Position numbers and translations under genes: made by a program | Notes under the pieces: generated by a model | Seen by the model: only the letters and a program-made list of their open reading frames with translations | What the model was told of the DNA's origin: nothing | Database searches by the model: none | Source of the DNA: an uncultured Verrucomicrobiae bacterium | GTDB lineage: Bacteria; Verrucomicrobiota; Verrucomicrobiia; Chthoniobacterales; JACTMZ01 | Reading direction: 5' to 3' | Length of the DNA: 64,000 nt | Assembly (NCBI GenBank): GCA_963776165.1 | Contig: CAVZLI010000001.1 | Span: forward strand, 130,658 to 194,657 | Shown here: piece by piece, positions 1 through 9,385 of the stretch | How positions within the stretch are numbered: position 1 is the stretch's first letter | Layout of the letters: every line of letters starts with the position of its first letter

Positions 1-1
1 C

Positions 2-1093
2 GGTCGCTACCTGGCCGACGTGGGCATCCGCTTGGCTCGCGGCCTGGGGCATGACAAGCCGGCCCTCACGCCGGTCAATGCCGTGCTGGCCGGTCGCCGC
101 AACAATCCGCCGGACAAGGCGGCCGGCATCCGCTCGCTGGCCGTCTACAATCCGATCCACCACATGGATCTGCCGGAACTCTTCATGGAGTTCATCTGCA
201 GCATGACCGGCAAATCGCCGTCCACCACCGGCGCGGGCTCGGAGGGCGCGTTGACCAAGGGTCCGTTCAACGCGTTGCCGCCCATCTACGATTTGAATTC
301 GGCGTTCGTGTCCTACGCGATCAGCGGCTACGAGGGATTTGTCACCGCGGCCGGCTACGTCGGCCCCGACGCGCGGGTCGACCACGACATCAGCCTGCTT
401 GTCCCCGAAGTCTGGTGCCGTATGGCGGTGGAGGAGCGTTCACCCGAGTTTCTCCATAAGCACGGCTATCTGGAGCGCCTGACGGACTTCGAGCACGAGG
501 GACGCAAGGTGCTGGCCAGCCGCCTCGGCAGCCGGATCACCAAAAAGTTCGTCAATACGTTCTTCGGCCGCGTCTTCAACCATCCGCATGTCGTGCTGAC
601 CGAGGGCATGCTCAAGCCGGAATTGCAGGGCCTCGAAACCTTCGTCGAGGGCATGGACAACATCATCGCCACGCAGAAGCGCGTGGCGGAGCATTACTTC
701 ACCGATGGCAGCATCGAGTGGGCCTGCCCGCCGCTCAAAGCCCTGCTGCACATCATGCGAGACGATCACTACGAGGGCAAAACTCTGGACGACCCGGAGA
801 TCCGCGCCCTCTTCAGCCGCGAAAGCGTGCTGTCCAGCGACTGGTATCGCGCCCGCCTCGCGGCCAAGCAGGGGGTGGATGTCCGCCTCTGGGAGCGCCA
901 TGTCGAATATCTCGACAAATTCCTCCGCAATCCAAGTTACAATGGCGTCGCCGAACGCATGGGCCTCCCCGCCCGCCTCGAACAGGCCCGTGCCAAACTG
1001 GCCGAGGTGCACGCTCCGGGCTACGTCGACAGCCTCATCGGCATGACCGGAGCGGAGCCGGCCGTTCCCGAACCGCCGGCGCGGCGGGGGTAA
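2..1093 (+). CDS. C-terminal ~360 aa of a larger conserved-looking hypothetical protein; its 5' end lies outside the window
   Basis: ORF 20..1093, and the frame stays open back to nt 2. Composition is balanced, unlike the R/P/G-rich shadow ORFs. I do not recognise the family. Confidence 0.5.
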   Translation, partial: GRYLADVGIRLARGLGHDKPALTPVNAVLAGRRNNPPDKAAGIRSLAVYNPIHHMDLPELFMEFICSMTGKSPSTTGAGSEGALTKGPFNALPPIYDLNSAFVSYAISGYEGFVTAAGYVGPDARVDHDISLLVPEVWCRMAVEERSPEFLHKHGYLERLTDFEHEGRKVLASRLGSRITKKFVNTFFGRVFNHPHVVLTEGMLKPELQGLETFVEGMDNIIATQKRVAEHYFTDGSIEWACPPLKALLHIMRDDHYEGKTLDDPEIRALFSRESVLSSDWYRARLAAKQGVDVRLWERHVEYLDKFLRNPSYNGVAERMGLPARLEQARAKLAEVHAPGYVDSLIGMTGAEPAVPEPPARRG

Positions 1094-1106
1094 GGTGGGT
1101 GATAGC

Positions 1107-1904
1107 TCAACTCTTGTTGATAGTAGCCCCGTCCAGCTCCAAGTGTATATGATACTTGGTTAGGACCCCGCTTGCTTTGAGTGGATGGCCAACCGAAATA
1201 ATGGGAAGCCATTCGGTTTTCGCGCCCGAGCGTGAGCGCCAATACCCGTTGGCATAGTACCAATAGCGGTGAGGGTATTTTCGGTCTCTTGACCTTCCTT
1301 CAAGTGTCTCGTCTTGGACCCTTAGTTCTTGTCGATCAGATTTGCCCGAATTCAAGAACTCGGAGGCGTGGACCATCAATCGCACTTTGGGAAGGTCGGG
1401 GCGCGTTCTCAGTGTGATTTCGGCCGTGAGCATGGAACCCGTTGTGCCTACAACCCGCAGATCATCGACGACACCGCTAACTGTCACCGTTTGGCCTTCC
1501 CACTGCTTGAATGCTTCTCGATTGGTTTTGAAAAACTTGGCTAGATCCCGTGCCGACATTTCTTGGTCGGGGTTGAAGACGGGGACGGTTGGTGCGGGTT
1601 TGTTCGGGCTTTCTTGCCGGGGTTCTTTACCTCCGAGGGGAACAACCGATGTCGCAGGAATGAGCCCCCTGATATCGCCCTCGCTGCCTTGAGGAATACG
1701 GGCCAAGATTAAGCCTGTTTCTTTCTGTTCCCCGAGGATGAGCACGGTGACTCCCGCTGGCACATCGATGACCTTTTTCCCATCGAACGTAGCCTCACAG
1801 CTTTCTACTACAAGCGCCTCCCGCGAAGCGCACCAAGCCTCGAGGGGGATGCCCGCCGCTATGAGAGTGGCGGCTAAAAGCCATAGTCGAGACCACGCAA
1901 CCAT
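1107..1904 (-). CDS. secreted hypothetical protein; C-terminal half resembles a small OB-fold (tRNA_anti-like) domain
   Basis: 265-aa ORF with a signal-like N-terminus MVAWSRLWLLAATLIAAGIPLEA. The segment FKQWEGQTVTVSGVVDDLRVVG is typical of that OB-fold family. It lies in a locally lower-GC stretch. Confidence 0.5.
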   Translation of the reverse strand: MVAWSRLWLLAATLIAAGIPLEAWCASREALVVESCEATFDGKKVIDVPAGVTVLILGEQKETGLILARIPQGSEGDIRGLIPATSVVPLGGKEPRQESPNKPAPTVPVFNPDQEMSARDLAKFFKTNREAFKQWEGQTVTVSGVVDDLRVVGTTGSMLTAEITLRTRPDLPKVRLMVHASEFLNSGKSDRQELRVQDETLEGRSRDRKYPHRYWYYANGYWRSRSGAKTEWLPIISVGHPLKASGVLTKYHIHLELDGATINKS

Positions 1905-1960
1905 AACAGGGATTTACTTATCAAGGCCTGCGCAGCAGCGTCAACGCCTTAAGGTTGTTC

Positions 1961-2380
1961 TCAACTGAACGTCAAATTTTTCACTCCCGCGGCGGCGGCG
2001 GAGTTGAGGACGTCGATGATGCGTTCCTGTTTGGCGTTGTCGTCGGGGCGGATGATGACGGGGTCTTTGTCGCCAAAGCGGTCGATGTTGTCTTTGAGCT
2101 GGGCGCGCAGTTCGGGCATCTCCTTGCTCGCCGGGGTGTCGAAGATTCGGTTGTTCATGCTGACCACGCCGTCCGGGCTGATATCGATGATGACCGGGGT
2201 GGGCGGGGGACCGGTGGCGGCGCCGCCGCGGCCGCTGGGCAGGCTGATGTTGAGTTCGCGCTCGACGATCTGGGAACCGGCCGAGGCCATGAAAAAGAGG
2301 AGGAGGACGAAGACGACGTCCACCATCGGCGCGATCTGGAAACCGACGTCGCCGTCCTCGGAGCCTACGGAACCACCCAT
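1961..2380 (-). CDS. exbD: biopolymer transport protein ExbD/TolR
   Basis: 139-aa ORF with the N-terminal anchor motif FQIAPMVDVVFVLLLFFM typical of ExbD/TolR. It lies downstream of exbB. Confidence 0.85.
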   Translation of the reverse strand: MGGSVGSEDGDVGFQIAPMVDVVFVLLLFFMASAGSQIVERELNISLPSGRGGAATGPPPTPVIIDISPDGVVSMNNRIFDTPASKEMPELRAQLKDNIDRFGDKDPVIIRPDDNAKQERIIDVLNSAAAAGVKNLTFS

Positions 2381-2421
2381 AACGTGATAAGTTTACCGAT
2401 CGTCGCCGCGGTGCAAGCGGT

Positions 2422-2901
2422 TTACGATGGGGTCGGCGCCGCCTCCTTGTCGACGACGGAGAAAGTGACGTTGGCGATGCCCGCTTTGCCCACGGCCTCG
2501 AGCAGGCTTTTCATGGTGGCGTAGCGCACTTCTTTGTCCGCGCGGATGAGGACGCGGACCATGGGATTCTTCTGGATATGGTTTTGCAGGACGGGGATGA
2601 GGTCGCCGGGCGAGGGGTAGTCGATCTCGTTGACGCTGATGCCGACGGCGTTGTTGATGGGGTTGACGGCGAGGTTGACGATGATTTGGCCGGGGTTTTC
2701 CTTGGCGTCCTTGGCGTCTTTGGCCACGGGAAGGCGGATGTCCTTGTTCGACTGCAGCACTTCGGTCGAGCTGATCGACATGAAGAAGACGAGCAGAACG
2801 AGCAAAATGTCGATCATCGGCGCGATCTGGAATTCCGGGTCGGCTTCCGGTTCCGGCTCGCGGCGTTTCTTTTTGCCTCGCTTGGGGGCGGCGTCGGACA
2901 T
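2422..2901 (-). CDS. exbD: biopolymer transport protein ExbD/TolR (second paralog)
   Basis: 159-aa ORF with the motif FQIAPMIDILLVLLVFFM. It starts 4 nt after the exbB stop. Confidence 0.85.
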   Translation of the reverse strand: MSDAAPKRGKKKRREPEPEADPEFQIAPMIDILLVLLVFFMSISSTEVLQSNKDIRLPVAKDAKDAKENPGQIIVNLAVNPINNAVGISVNEIDYPSPGDLIPVLQNHIQKNPMVRVLIRADKEVRYATMKSLLEAVGKAGIANVTFSVVDKEAAPTPS

Positions 2902-2904
2902 GGA

Positions 2905-3702
2905 TCAAGATTGCCAGTCGAGCGTGGTTCCGCAACCGGGGCAGGGATTTTGTCCGGGCACGATGGCGGCTTGGCAGACGGGACAATTGGTCGTCAGTTG
3001 CATGGAGACTTTGTGGGAGACTTTCGACTCCTCGGCTCCGCCGCCGAGCCCGTCTCCGGCGCTGAAGTTCTCGCCGATGCGCATGCCTTTGACCTCGTCG
3101 AACGGGATGTCCTCAACGAGGTGGTTGAGTTCGCTGTCCGCGTAGACGGTGGCGTCGTTGATGCGGTTGCGGAAGTAGTAGTAGAAAATGAACGCGGGGA
3201 TGGCGATGAAGAGTCCGCTGGCCGTGGCGAGGAGCACTTCGCCGATGCTCATGGCGAGTTTGCGCGGGTCGGAGACGCCGGACTGACCAAGGACGGCGAA
3301 AGCACCCATCATGCCGATGACCGTGCCGAGCAGACCGATCATGGGCGAGATGACGCCGATGACCGAGAGGTAGCTGTTGCGGGTTTTGAAGACCTGTGAT
3401 TCGCGGATGCCCATTTCGATGAGGGCCGATTCGGTGGCGTCTTTACCGCGGCCGATGCGCTCGAGCGCCCCGCCGAGCACGGCGGCGATGTAGGTCTTGG
3501 CATTGGCTTGGCAGGTTTCCCACGCCTCTTGGAAGTTGCCGGCGCGGAGGGATTCGTCGAGGGCGCCGACGAGGGCTTTCGGGGCGAGGCTTTGGCGGCG
3601 GACCTGGAGGAAAAGCTGGATGATGAAAGTCACCATGACGATCGAGGTGGCCAGGATGGCGATCCAGATCATGATGATGAGCGGACCGCCGTGCAGGATC
3701 AT
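2905..3702 (-). CDS. exbB: MotA/TolQ/ExbB proton-channel protein with a C-terminal zinc-ribbon-like tail
   Basis: 265-aa ORF with TM segments and the conserved stretches ISPMIGLLGTVIGMMGAF and ATASGLFIAIPAFIFYYYF. The C-terminus reads CPVC-x10-CPGC. Confidence 0.85.
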   Translation of the reverse strand: MILHGGPLIIMIWIAILATSIVMVTFIIQLFLQVRRQSLAPKALVGALDESLRAGNFQEAWETCQANAKTYIAAVLGGALERIGRGKDATESALIEMGIRESQVFKTRNSYLSVIGVISPMIGLLGTVIGMMGAFAVLGQSGVSDPRKLAMSIGEVLLATASGLFIAIPAFIFYYYFRNRINDATVYADSELNHLVEDIPFDEVKGMRIGENFSAGDGLGGGAEESKVSHKVSMQLTTNCPVCQAAIVPGQNPCPGCGTTLDWQS

Positions 3703-3840
3703 CTCGATGATCGAGGTGGTGCCGCCCTCGGTCTCGGCGGCGCGGGCGGTGGTGGTGAGGGACCGCCGCCATGAGGGCGGTGGGGAGAGGGAAGGAGCGG
3801 TGGCGCATGGTGGGACGTGTTGGTTGGATGTTGGAGATTT

Positions 3841-4600
3841 TCACGGGGCGATCAATCCTGCATGTTCGGCGCGCAGGGCGTCGGCCTGCTTTTGCGCGGA
3901 GGCGGCGGCGTTGCGGTCGAAGGGGAAGACCGTCGAGGCCTTGAGGTAATTGGCGAGGGCCGCTTGGTGGTCGCCAGCGGCTTCCTTGACGCGGCCCAGC
4001 AGGTAATGCCCCTGCGAAAGCGCGGGGCCTTCGGCGGAGTCGGGGAAAGAAGTTTTGTCCGAGGCCTGCAAAACGGGCTGCAGGAGCTTCTCCGCTTCGT
4101 CGTATTGTCCCGCATCGACGGCCAAGCGCGCCATGCCGAGGTTGGCCAGCGTGGTGGCTTGTGGGTAAGTCTCGCGGAATTGCTCGTAGGCGGCCTTGGC
4201 GCCCTCGGTGTCGCCGGCGGACGAGTTTGGCGTCGCCGAGCATGGCCGCGGCGCGCTCGGCCCAGGGCGCGGGCAGTCCGGAAAAGGTTTCGTTGAGCCG
4301 GGTCAGAGCGGAGGCGGCGCCGCCGGCATCGCCGGAAGCAAGCATGGCCGCAGCCGCCTCCAAGGCCTCGGGAGGTGCCATGCGGATCTCGCGGACCTGG
4401 GAGAGCGGCGTGCCGACCGTCCCGGCCGATGTCTCGATGCGCACGTTGCCGCCGCTGACGCCCACGATCTTTCCTTCGCGGGTCTGTCCGCTTTTGAGCA
4501 CGACCGCATCCTGTGCGAGGGCCGGGGCGCAAACCATCGAAAGGAGACTCGCGCAGAGCAGAAGCGCGTGGAGGTTGGACGGGAGGGGGCTTGCTTTCAT
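3841..4600 (-). pseudogene. secreted TPR-like protein gene upstream of exbB, interrupted by one frameshift near 4220-4230
   Basis: ATG at 4600 gives MKASPLPSNLHALLLCASLLSMVCAPALAQ... (signal peptide) through ...WAERAAAMLGDAKL. The sensible sequence then continues in another frame (SSAGDTEGAKAAYEQFRETYPQATTLANLGMARLAVDAGQYDEAEKLL...) to the stop at 3841. The two frames are offset by 1 nt. Confidence 0.7.
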
Positions 4601-4651
4601 GGGCTGGTTGAAATAATCCACGCCAGAGCTTTTTTCAACCTCTACGTCCTT

Positions 4652-6163
4652 ATGTTCACGACCATTCGCAAACACCAGCGCTGGCTCATGGTGCTCATCG
4701 CCTTCCTGACCATCATCGCGTTCGCTTTTCTTTACAACACCACGGAGATGGACCGGGTGGGGACCAACATCGTGGCCCGGATCTACGACCGGGACGTCAT
4801 GACCGTCGACATTGAGAGGGCGATCCGCGTCTACCAGCTGGCGCTGGCGCTCGGGCAATTCGACTTGGTGCGCGGTCTGTCCGGCCAAGCCCAGACGGAG
4901 GACGAGGCGGCTAACAATTTCATCTGGAACCTCATGGTCCTGCAGCACGAGGCGCGTGCCATGGGAGTCGAGCCGGGCAACCAGGCGGTGGTCGATCGCA
5001 TCAAGACCCTCCCGGTCTTCCAGACCGACGGCCAGTTCGATCCGATGAAATACGCCAATTTCACGCAGGAACAACTGGCGCCGCGCGGTTTCACCGAGCG
5101 GCAGTTGGAGGACGTGATCAAGGACGCGCTCCGTTTGGAGGAAGTGAAGACTCTCGTGCAGTCGCCGGCCATGCTGTTGCCGGGTGAGGTGGAGCCGGCA
5201 TTGCAGCGGGTGGCGCCGGTCGATGCCGAGGTGCTGCGTTTCGATGCCGCGCAGGCGGGCCGGGATGTCAAGGTGACCGATGAGGAGTTGCAAAAGGCTT
5301 ACGAGGAAAAGAAGGCCACCCTGCAAGCGCCCGAAAAGCGCTCGGTGCGTTACGTGGCCTTGGTCTTGACGCCCGCCGAAAGGGAATTGGCGGACAAGGA
5401 GCGGGTGGCTGCGCTGCAGAAGTTGGCCACGGCTACCGGGGATTTTTCGCAAGCGCTGGGCGAAGGCGGGTCCTTGCAGGACGTCGCCGCAGCCCGTGAT
5501 CTTGAGGTTCGCACCAGCCCGCTTTTCGGTCCGGGCGGCGAATCGGACGGGGCCTTGGCCGACCTTGACGGCGAAGTGGTGCCGGCCGCGGCCGCGGTCG
5601 CCTTCCGTCTTCCGTCCGCTCCGGGCAACTTTGAAATCATCGAACTGGGGCGCGACGGCTATGCCGTGATCGAGGTGGCCGAAGTGCAGGAGGCCCGCCC
5701 GCTGACCTTGGAGGAAGCAAGTGCCGACCTGCGGGCCGGTCTCATCGAGCAGAAGCGTACCCTCGCGGTGCAGGAAGAGGCCGAGGCCACGCTGGCCAAA
5801 GTGCGCGAGGCCATGGCCGGTGGGGCCTCGTTTGCCGAAGCGATCAAGGCGGCCAAGACCGAGAGCGAGACAATGAAGGGCCTTTCCCCTTTCTCCGAGG
5901 ATCTCACGCCCGCCCAGCGCCAGGTGGCCATGGCTGTGATGGACCAGACGGTCGGAACGCTCGGCGAGTTCGTGCCGGCTCCGGACGGAGGCTTCGCCGT
6001 CTACGTGGCTGCGCGCAACGAGCCCAACGCCGCGATGCTGGCCGCGCGTCGTCCGCAAATCGAGCAGGGCATGTTGCAGGGCAAGGAAATGCTGCTTTTC
6101 GCGCAGTGGTTGGTCACGGCGCGGGAGGCCTCGGGATTGCAGGTGCTGCGGCCGATGATGTGA
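4652..6163 (+). CDS. PpiD-like periplasmic chaperone (SurA N-terminal domain protein)
   Basis: Internal ATG at 4652 of ORF 4196..6163 gives MFTTIRKHQRWLMVLIAFLTIIAFAFL, a TM anchor, followed by a long soluble domain of PpiD-like architecture. The upstream part of the ORF overlaps the minus-strand gene. Confidence 0.55.
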   Translation: MFTTIRKHQRWLMVLIAFLTIIAFAFLYNTTEMDRVGTNIVARIYDRDVMTVDIERAIRVYQLALALGQFDLVRGLSGQAQTEDEAANNFIWNLMVLQHEARAMGVEPGNQAVVDRIKTLPVFQTDGQFDPMKYANFTQEQLAPRGFTERQLEDVIKDALRLEEVKTLVQSPAMLLPGEVEPALQRVAPVDAEVLRFDAAQAGRDVKVTDEELQKAYEEKKATLQAPEKRSVRYVALVLTPAERELADKERVAALQKLATATGDFSQALGEGGSLQDVAAARDLEVRTSPLFGPGGESDGALADLDGEVVPAAAAVAFRLPSAPGNFEIIELGRDGYAVIEVAEVQEARPLTLEEASADLRAGLIEQKRTLAVQEEAEATLAKVREAMAGGASFAEAIKAAKTESETMKGLSPFSEDLTPAQRQVAMAVMDQTVGTLGEFVPAPDGGFAVYVAARNEPNAAMLAARRPQIEQGMLQGKEMLLFAQWLVTAREASGLQVLRPMM

Positions 6164-6229
6164 CCGCGGCCGCCGTCGCGTCACTTTGACGTTGGGTCGC
6201 GGGCGTCGGACGGCTTTGATGGGAGACTG

Positions 6230-7783
6230 ATGTCCGCCAAACCATTTTTCATCACCACGGCGATCGATTACACGAACGCCCCGCCGCATATCGGTCACGC
6301 CTACGAGAAGGTGCTGGCCGATGTCATCGCCCGTTGGCACCGCGAGCGCGGACGCCCCGTTTTCTTTCTCACCGGCGTCGACCAGCACGGGCAGAAGGTC
6401 CAGCAATCGGCGGAAAAAGCCGGGGTGGGGCCGGCGGAATTCGCCCGCGACATCACCGCGAAATTCAAGGCGCTCTGGGCCAAGCTCGGCGTCGCTTACG
6501 ACGGCTGGGCCGAGACGACCGATCCGCGTCACATCGCGGCGGTGCAGGACGTCCTGCAGCAACTGCACGATCAGGGCGATCTCTACAAAGCGCGCCACAG
6601 CGGGCACTACAGCGTGCGGCAGGAGCAATTCCTGACCGACAAGGAACGCAATGCGCAGGGCGAGTTCGGCCCTGAGTGGGGCGAGGTGGTCTTCATCGAG
6701 GAGGAAAATTGGTATTTCCGGTTGTCCAAATACCGCCCGTGGCTCGCCGAACACCTCGCGGCGCACCCGGATTTCGTTTTCCCGGCCTTCCGCGGGAACG
6801 AGTTGGCCAATGCGGTAGCCAAGGAGGCGGGCGACCTGTGCATTTCGCGGCCCAAGTCGCGCCTCGGGTGGGGAATCGAGCTGCCCTTCGACCTCGATTA
6901 CGTGACCTATGTGTGGTTTGACGCGCTGATGAACTACGCGACCTTCGCCGGTTACCGGGCGAAGGCCGGCACGGGGTTGCCCGCGTTCACGGACCTGTGG
7001 CCGTGCGATGCGCACGTCATCGGCAAAGACATCCTCGTCCCGGCCCATGGCATTTACTGGCCGATCATGCTCAAAGCCGCCGGCTTCGAAATCATGCCCA
7101 AACTTCTCGTCCACGGCTGGTGGAATCTCGGTGGCGCCAAAGTGAGTAAAAGCGCGGGCAATGTGGTCGACCCCGATGTGCTGGCCGACCGTTACGGTCC
7201 CGAAGCGCTGCGCTATTATCTCATGCGCGACATCGCCACGGGCCAGGATGCCGATTTCAACGAAGAACGTTTGCGCGCCCGCTACAACGCCGACCTGGCC
7301 AACGACCTCGGCAATCTGGTCAACCGCACGGTCAGCATGGGACGTCGCTACCGCGGCGGAACGCTGGCGGCCGCGCCGGCGGACAAGTCGGAAGACGCGG
7401 TGGCGCTCGAGGCGCTCGGCACGGAGGTGGCCAAGCGTTTCGACGCGGCCATGGAGACCTACCAAGTGCACGCCGCGCTGGAGGCTGTCTGGGAGCTGAT
7501 TGCCGCGACCAACGGCTTTGTGGAGAGTTCCGCGCCGTGGAAGCTGGCCAAGGATCCGGCGCAAGCCGGGCGGCTCGACGAAGTGCTGGCTGTTTTGGTC
7601 GAGGCCTCGCGCCTGGCAACCGCGTTGGCCCACCCGGTCCTCCCGGTCTCGTCGGATAGACTTCTCAACCAACTTGGTTTCCCGGGGAATTTGACGACCT
7701 CCTGGGGGGCACTGGGCGCCGGGCACCAACTCGGGGAGCCCTCGCCGGTTTTTCCGCGTCTCGACGCCGAAAACAATGCCTGA
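6230..7783 (+). CDS. metG: methionine--tRNA ligase
   Basis: 517-aa ORF with a HIGH-type motif (PPHIGHAY) and a KMSKS-type motif (KVSKSAGN). Class I synthetase layout. Confidence 0.92.
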   Translation: MSAKPFFITTAIDYTNAPPHIGHAYEKVLADVIARWHRERGRPVFFLTGVDQHGQKVQQSAEKAGVGPAEFARDITAKFKALWAKLGVAYDGWAETTDPRHIAAVQDVLQQLHDQGDLYKARHSGHYSVRQEQFLTDKERNAQGEFGPEWGEVVFIEEENWYFRLSKYRPWLAEHLAAHPDFVFPAFRGNELANAVAKEAGDLCISRPKSRLGWGIELPFDLDYVTYVWFDALMNYATFAGYRAKAGTGLPAFTDLWPCDAHVIGKDILVPAHGIYWPIMLKAAGFEIMPKLLVHGWWNLGGAKVSKSAGNVVDPDVLADRYGPEALRYYLMRDIATGQDADFNEERLRARYNADLANDLGNLVNRTVSMGRRYRGGTLAAAPADKSEDAVALEALGTEVAKRFDAAMETYQVHAALEAVWELIAATNGFVESSAPWKLAKDPAQAGRLDEVLAVLVEASRLATALAHPVLPVSSDRLLNQLGFPGNLTTSWGALGAGHQLGEPSPVFPRLDAENNA

Positions 7784-8813
7784 AGCCGTTGGCAAGACCC
7801 TCACCCCGTGGCCGGAGCTGCCTTGGTGGCGGCGGGTCAGATATCGGTTGGAATTTGCCGGGCTCTGGACCTTCTCCCGGATGATTCCCCTCCTGCCTTG
7901 GCGGGTGGTGCGATGGCTGGCGGCGGGTCTCGGCAGCGCGGCTTACTACTTGGACCGCCGCAGCCGCGAGGTCGCTTTGGCCAACCTCGAAATGGTTTTC
8001 GGCGCCGAGAAAAGCCCCGCCGAAATCCGGCGTATCGCCCGCCGCTCGGTGGTGCACTTCGCGCGCACCGTGCTCGAATTGTTCTGGGCGCGGAACTTTA
8101 CCGCGGAGAACTACCCTCGCTATATGGTGATGGAAGGCTGGGAGCAGGCGCGTGCGCTGAACCTCAAGCATCAAGGCGGCATCTTCGTCTGCCTGCATTA
8201 CGGCAATTTCGAGTGGCTGAGCATTGCCGGGGCTTTCGAACGCCTGCCCGGATGCATCGTCACCCAGCAATTCCACAATCCTTTGCTGGGGCCCATTTTC
8301 GACCGTCTGCGGGCCTTGAGCGGACACCGCATCATCTCGCAGGAGCGCTCGATGCTCGTGACGCTCAAGCATCTGCGCAAGGGAGGGAACATCGGGATTC
8401 TTTTCGACCTCCAACTGGATCCGAACGCTCCGTCCGTGCTCCTGCGGTCCTTTGGGCGCTGGCGTCCGTCGACGCGGATCCATGCCATGCTGCAGAAGCA
8501 CACGGGGCTGCCCATTATTCCGATCGAGAGCGTGCCCTTGCCGGATGGGCGCTACCGCACCATCGCGCACGACCCCATTTACTTTTCTCCCGAGGCGACC
8601 GAACAGGAGATCGTGCAGAAGTGCTGGGACTTTTTCGAGCCGCAGATCCGCCGGCAACCGGAGGCCTGGCTCTGGGCCTACCGGCACTGGCGCTTCCGTC
8701 CGCCGGAATCCGTCGAGAGCTACCCTTCCTACGCCCGGGTGAAGGGACGGTTCACGCGCATGTTGCAACAAGCCGTTGCCACCGCGCCGCGCGGGACCGA
8801 GCATGAGGCATGA
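7776..8813 (+). CDS. lipid A biosynthesis acyltransferase (LpxL/HtrB family)
   Basis: 345-aa ORF with general similarity to lauroyl/myristoyl acyltransferases (HYGNFEW motif region). It overlaps metG by 8 nt. Confidence 0.6.
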   Translation: MPEAVGKTLTPWPELPWWRRVRYRLEFAGLWTFSRMIPLLPWRVVRWLAAGLGSAAYYLDRRSREVALANLEMVFGAEKSPAEIRRIARRSVVHFARTVLELFWARNFTAENYPRYMVMEGWEQARALNLKHQGGIFVCLHYGNFEWLSIAGAFERLPGCIVTQQFHNPLLGPIFDRLRALSGHRIISQERSMLVTLKHLRKGGNIGILFDLQLDPNAPSVLLRSFGRWRPSTRIHAMLQKHTGLPIIPIESVPLPDGRYRTIAHDPIYFSPEATEQEIVQKCWDFFEPQIRRQPEAWLWAYRHWRFRPPESVESYPSYARVKGRFTRMLQQAVATAPRGTEHEA

Positions 8814-9379
8814 TCAAGCATCTCGTCCCTGCCTTCATGGTCGCGCTTTTCCTGGCTGGTTGTTCCAGCGGTCCGACCGACTTCACCGCGGAATACCGCG
8901 AGGCTTTGGCCTCGCGCCCCGGAATCGCGATGTCCGGGCCATCCGCGCGTGCTGCCGTGGGAGGGTTCGCCAAACTCTACGGCGACCTGTCGGTCCCGAA
9001 CGTCACCGCCAAGGTGCGCGAGGTCTACGCGCCGGGGGCGTGGTTCAACGACACGATTGCGACGGAGGTGGGCATCGACGCCATCGAGAAGTATCTCCTC
9101 AAGACGGCTGAAGGAGCCGAGAAGGTCAGCGCCGAAATCCAAGACGTGGCCGTTTCCGGTTCCGATTGCTACGTGCGCTGGACAATGGAAATCCGCACGA
9201 AAAACCTCGCCGGCGGGCAACCGATCGTGACCGAGGGCATTTCCCAACTGCGTTTCGACAGCGAAGGCCGCATCGTCCTGCATCAAGACTTCTGGAATCC
9301 CGCTTCGGGAATTTACCAGCACCTTCCGGCCTTGGGTCCGGCCATCCGGTTTGTCAACGGGCTGATTGTCGGGCAGTAG
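8810..9379 (+). CDS. lipoprotein, SnoaL/NTF2-like fold
   Basis: 189-aa ORF with the lipobox LFLAGCSS. ATGA overlap with the upstream gene. Confidence 0.5.
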   Translation: MIKHLVPAFMVALFLAGCSSGPTDFTAEYREALASRPGIAMSGPSARAAVGGFAKLYGDLSVPNVTAKVREVYAPGAWFNDTIATEVGIDAIEKYLLKTAEGAEKVSAEIQDVAVSGSDCYVRWTMEIRTKNLAGGQPIVTEGISQLRFDSEGRIVLHQDFWNPASGIYQHLPALGPAIRFVNGLIVGQ

Positions 9380-9385
9380 CGCGGT

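Noticed and set aside
3703-3806. Apparent signal peptide MRHRSFPLPTALMAAV upstream of exbB in another frame, suggesting a frameshifted ExbB N-terminus
   Set aside because: ExbB/TolQ proteins normally begin directly at the first TM helix, as MILHGGPLIIMIWIAIL does. The in-frame upstream sequence has no start codon and no need for one. The resemblance to a signal peptide is weak evidence on its own.
3443-7804. 1453-aa minus-strand ORF, the longest in the track
   Set aside because: Its composition is extremely R/P/G/H-rich. It runs antisense to or out of frame with the well-supported metG and PpiD-like genes. Only its 4230-4600 portion coincides with real coding sequence, the N-terminal half of the TPR-like gene. 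It is a typical high-GC shadow ORF.
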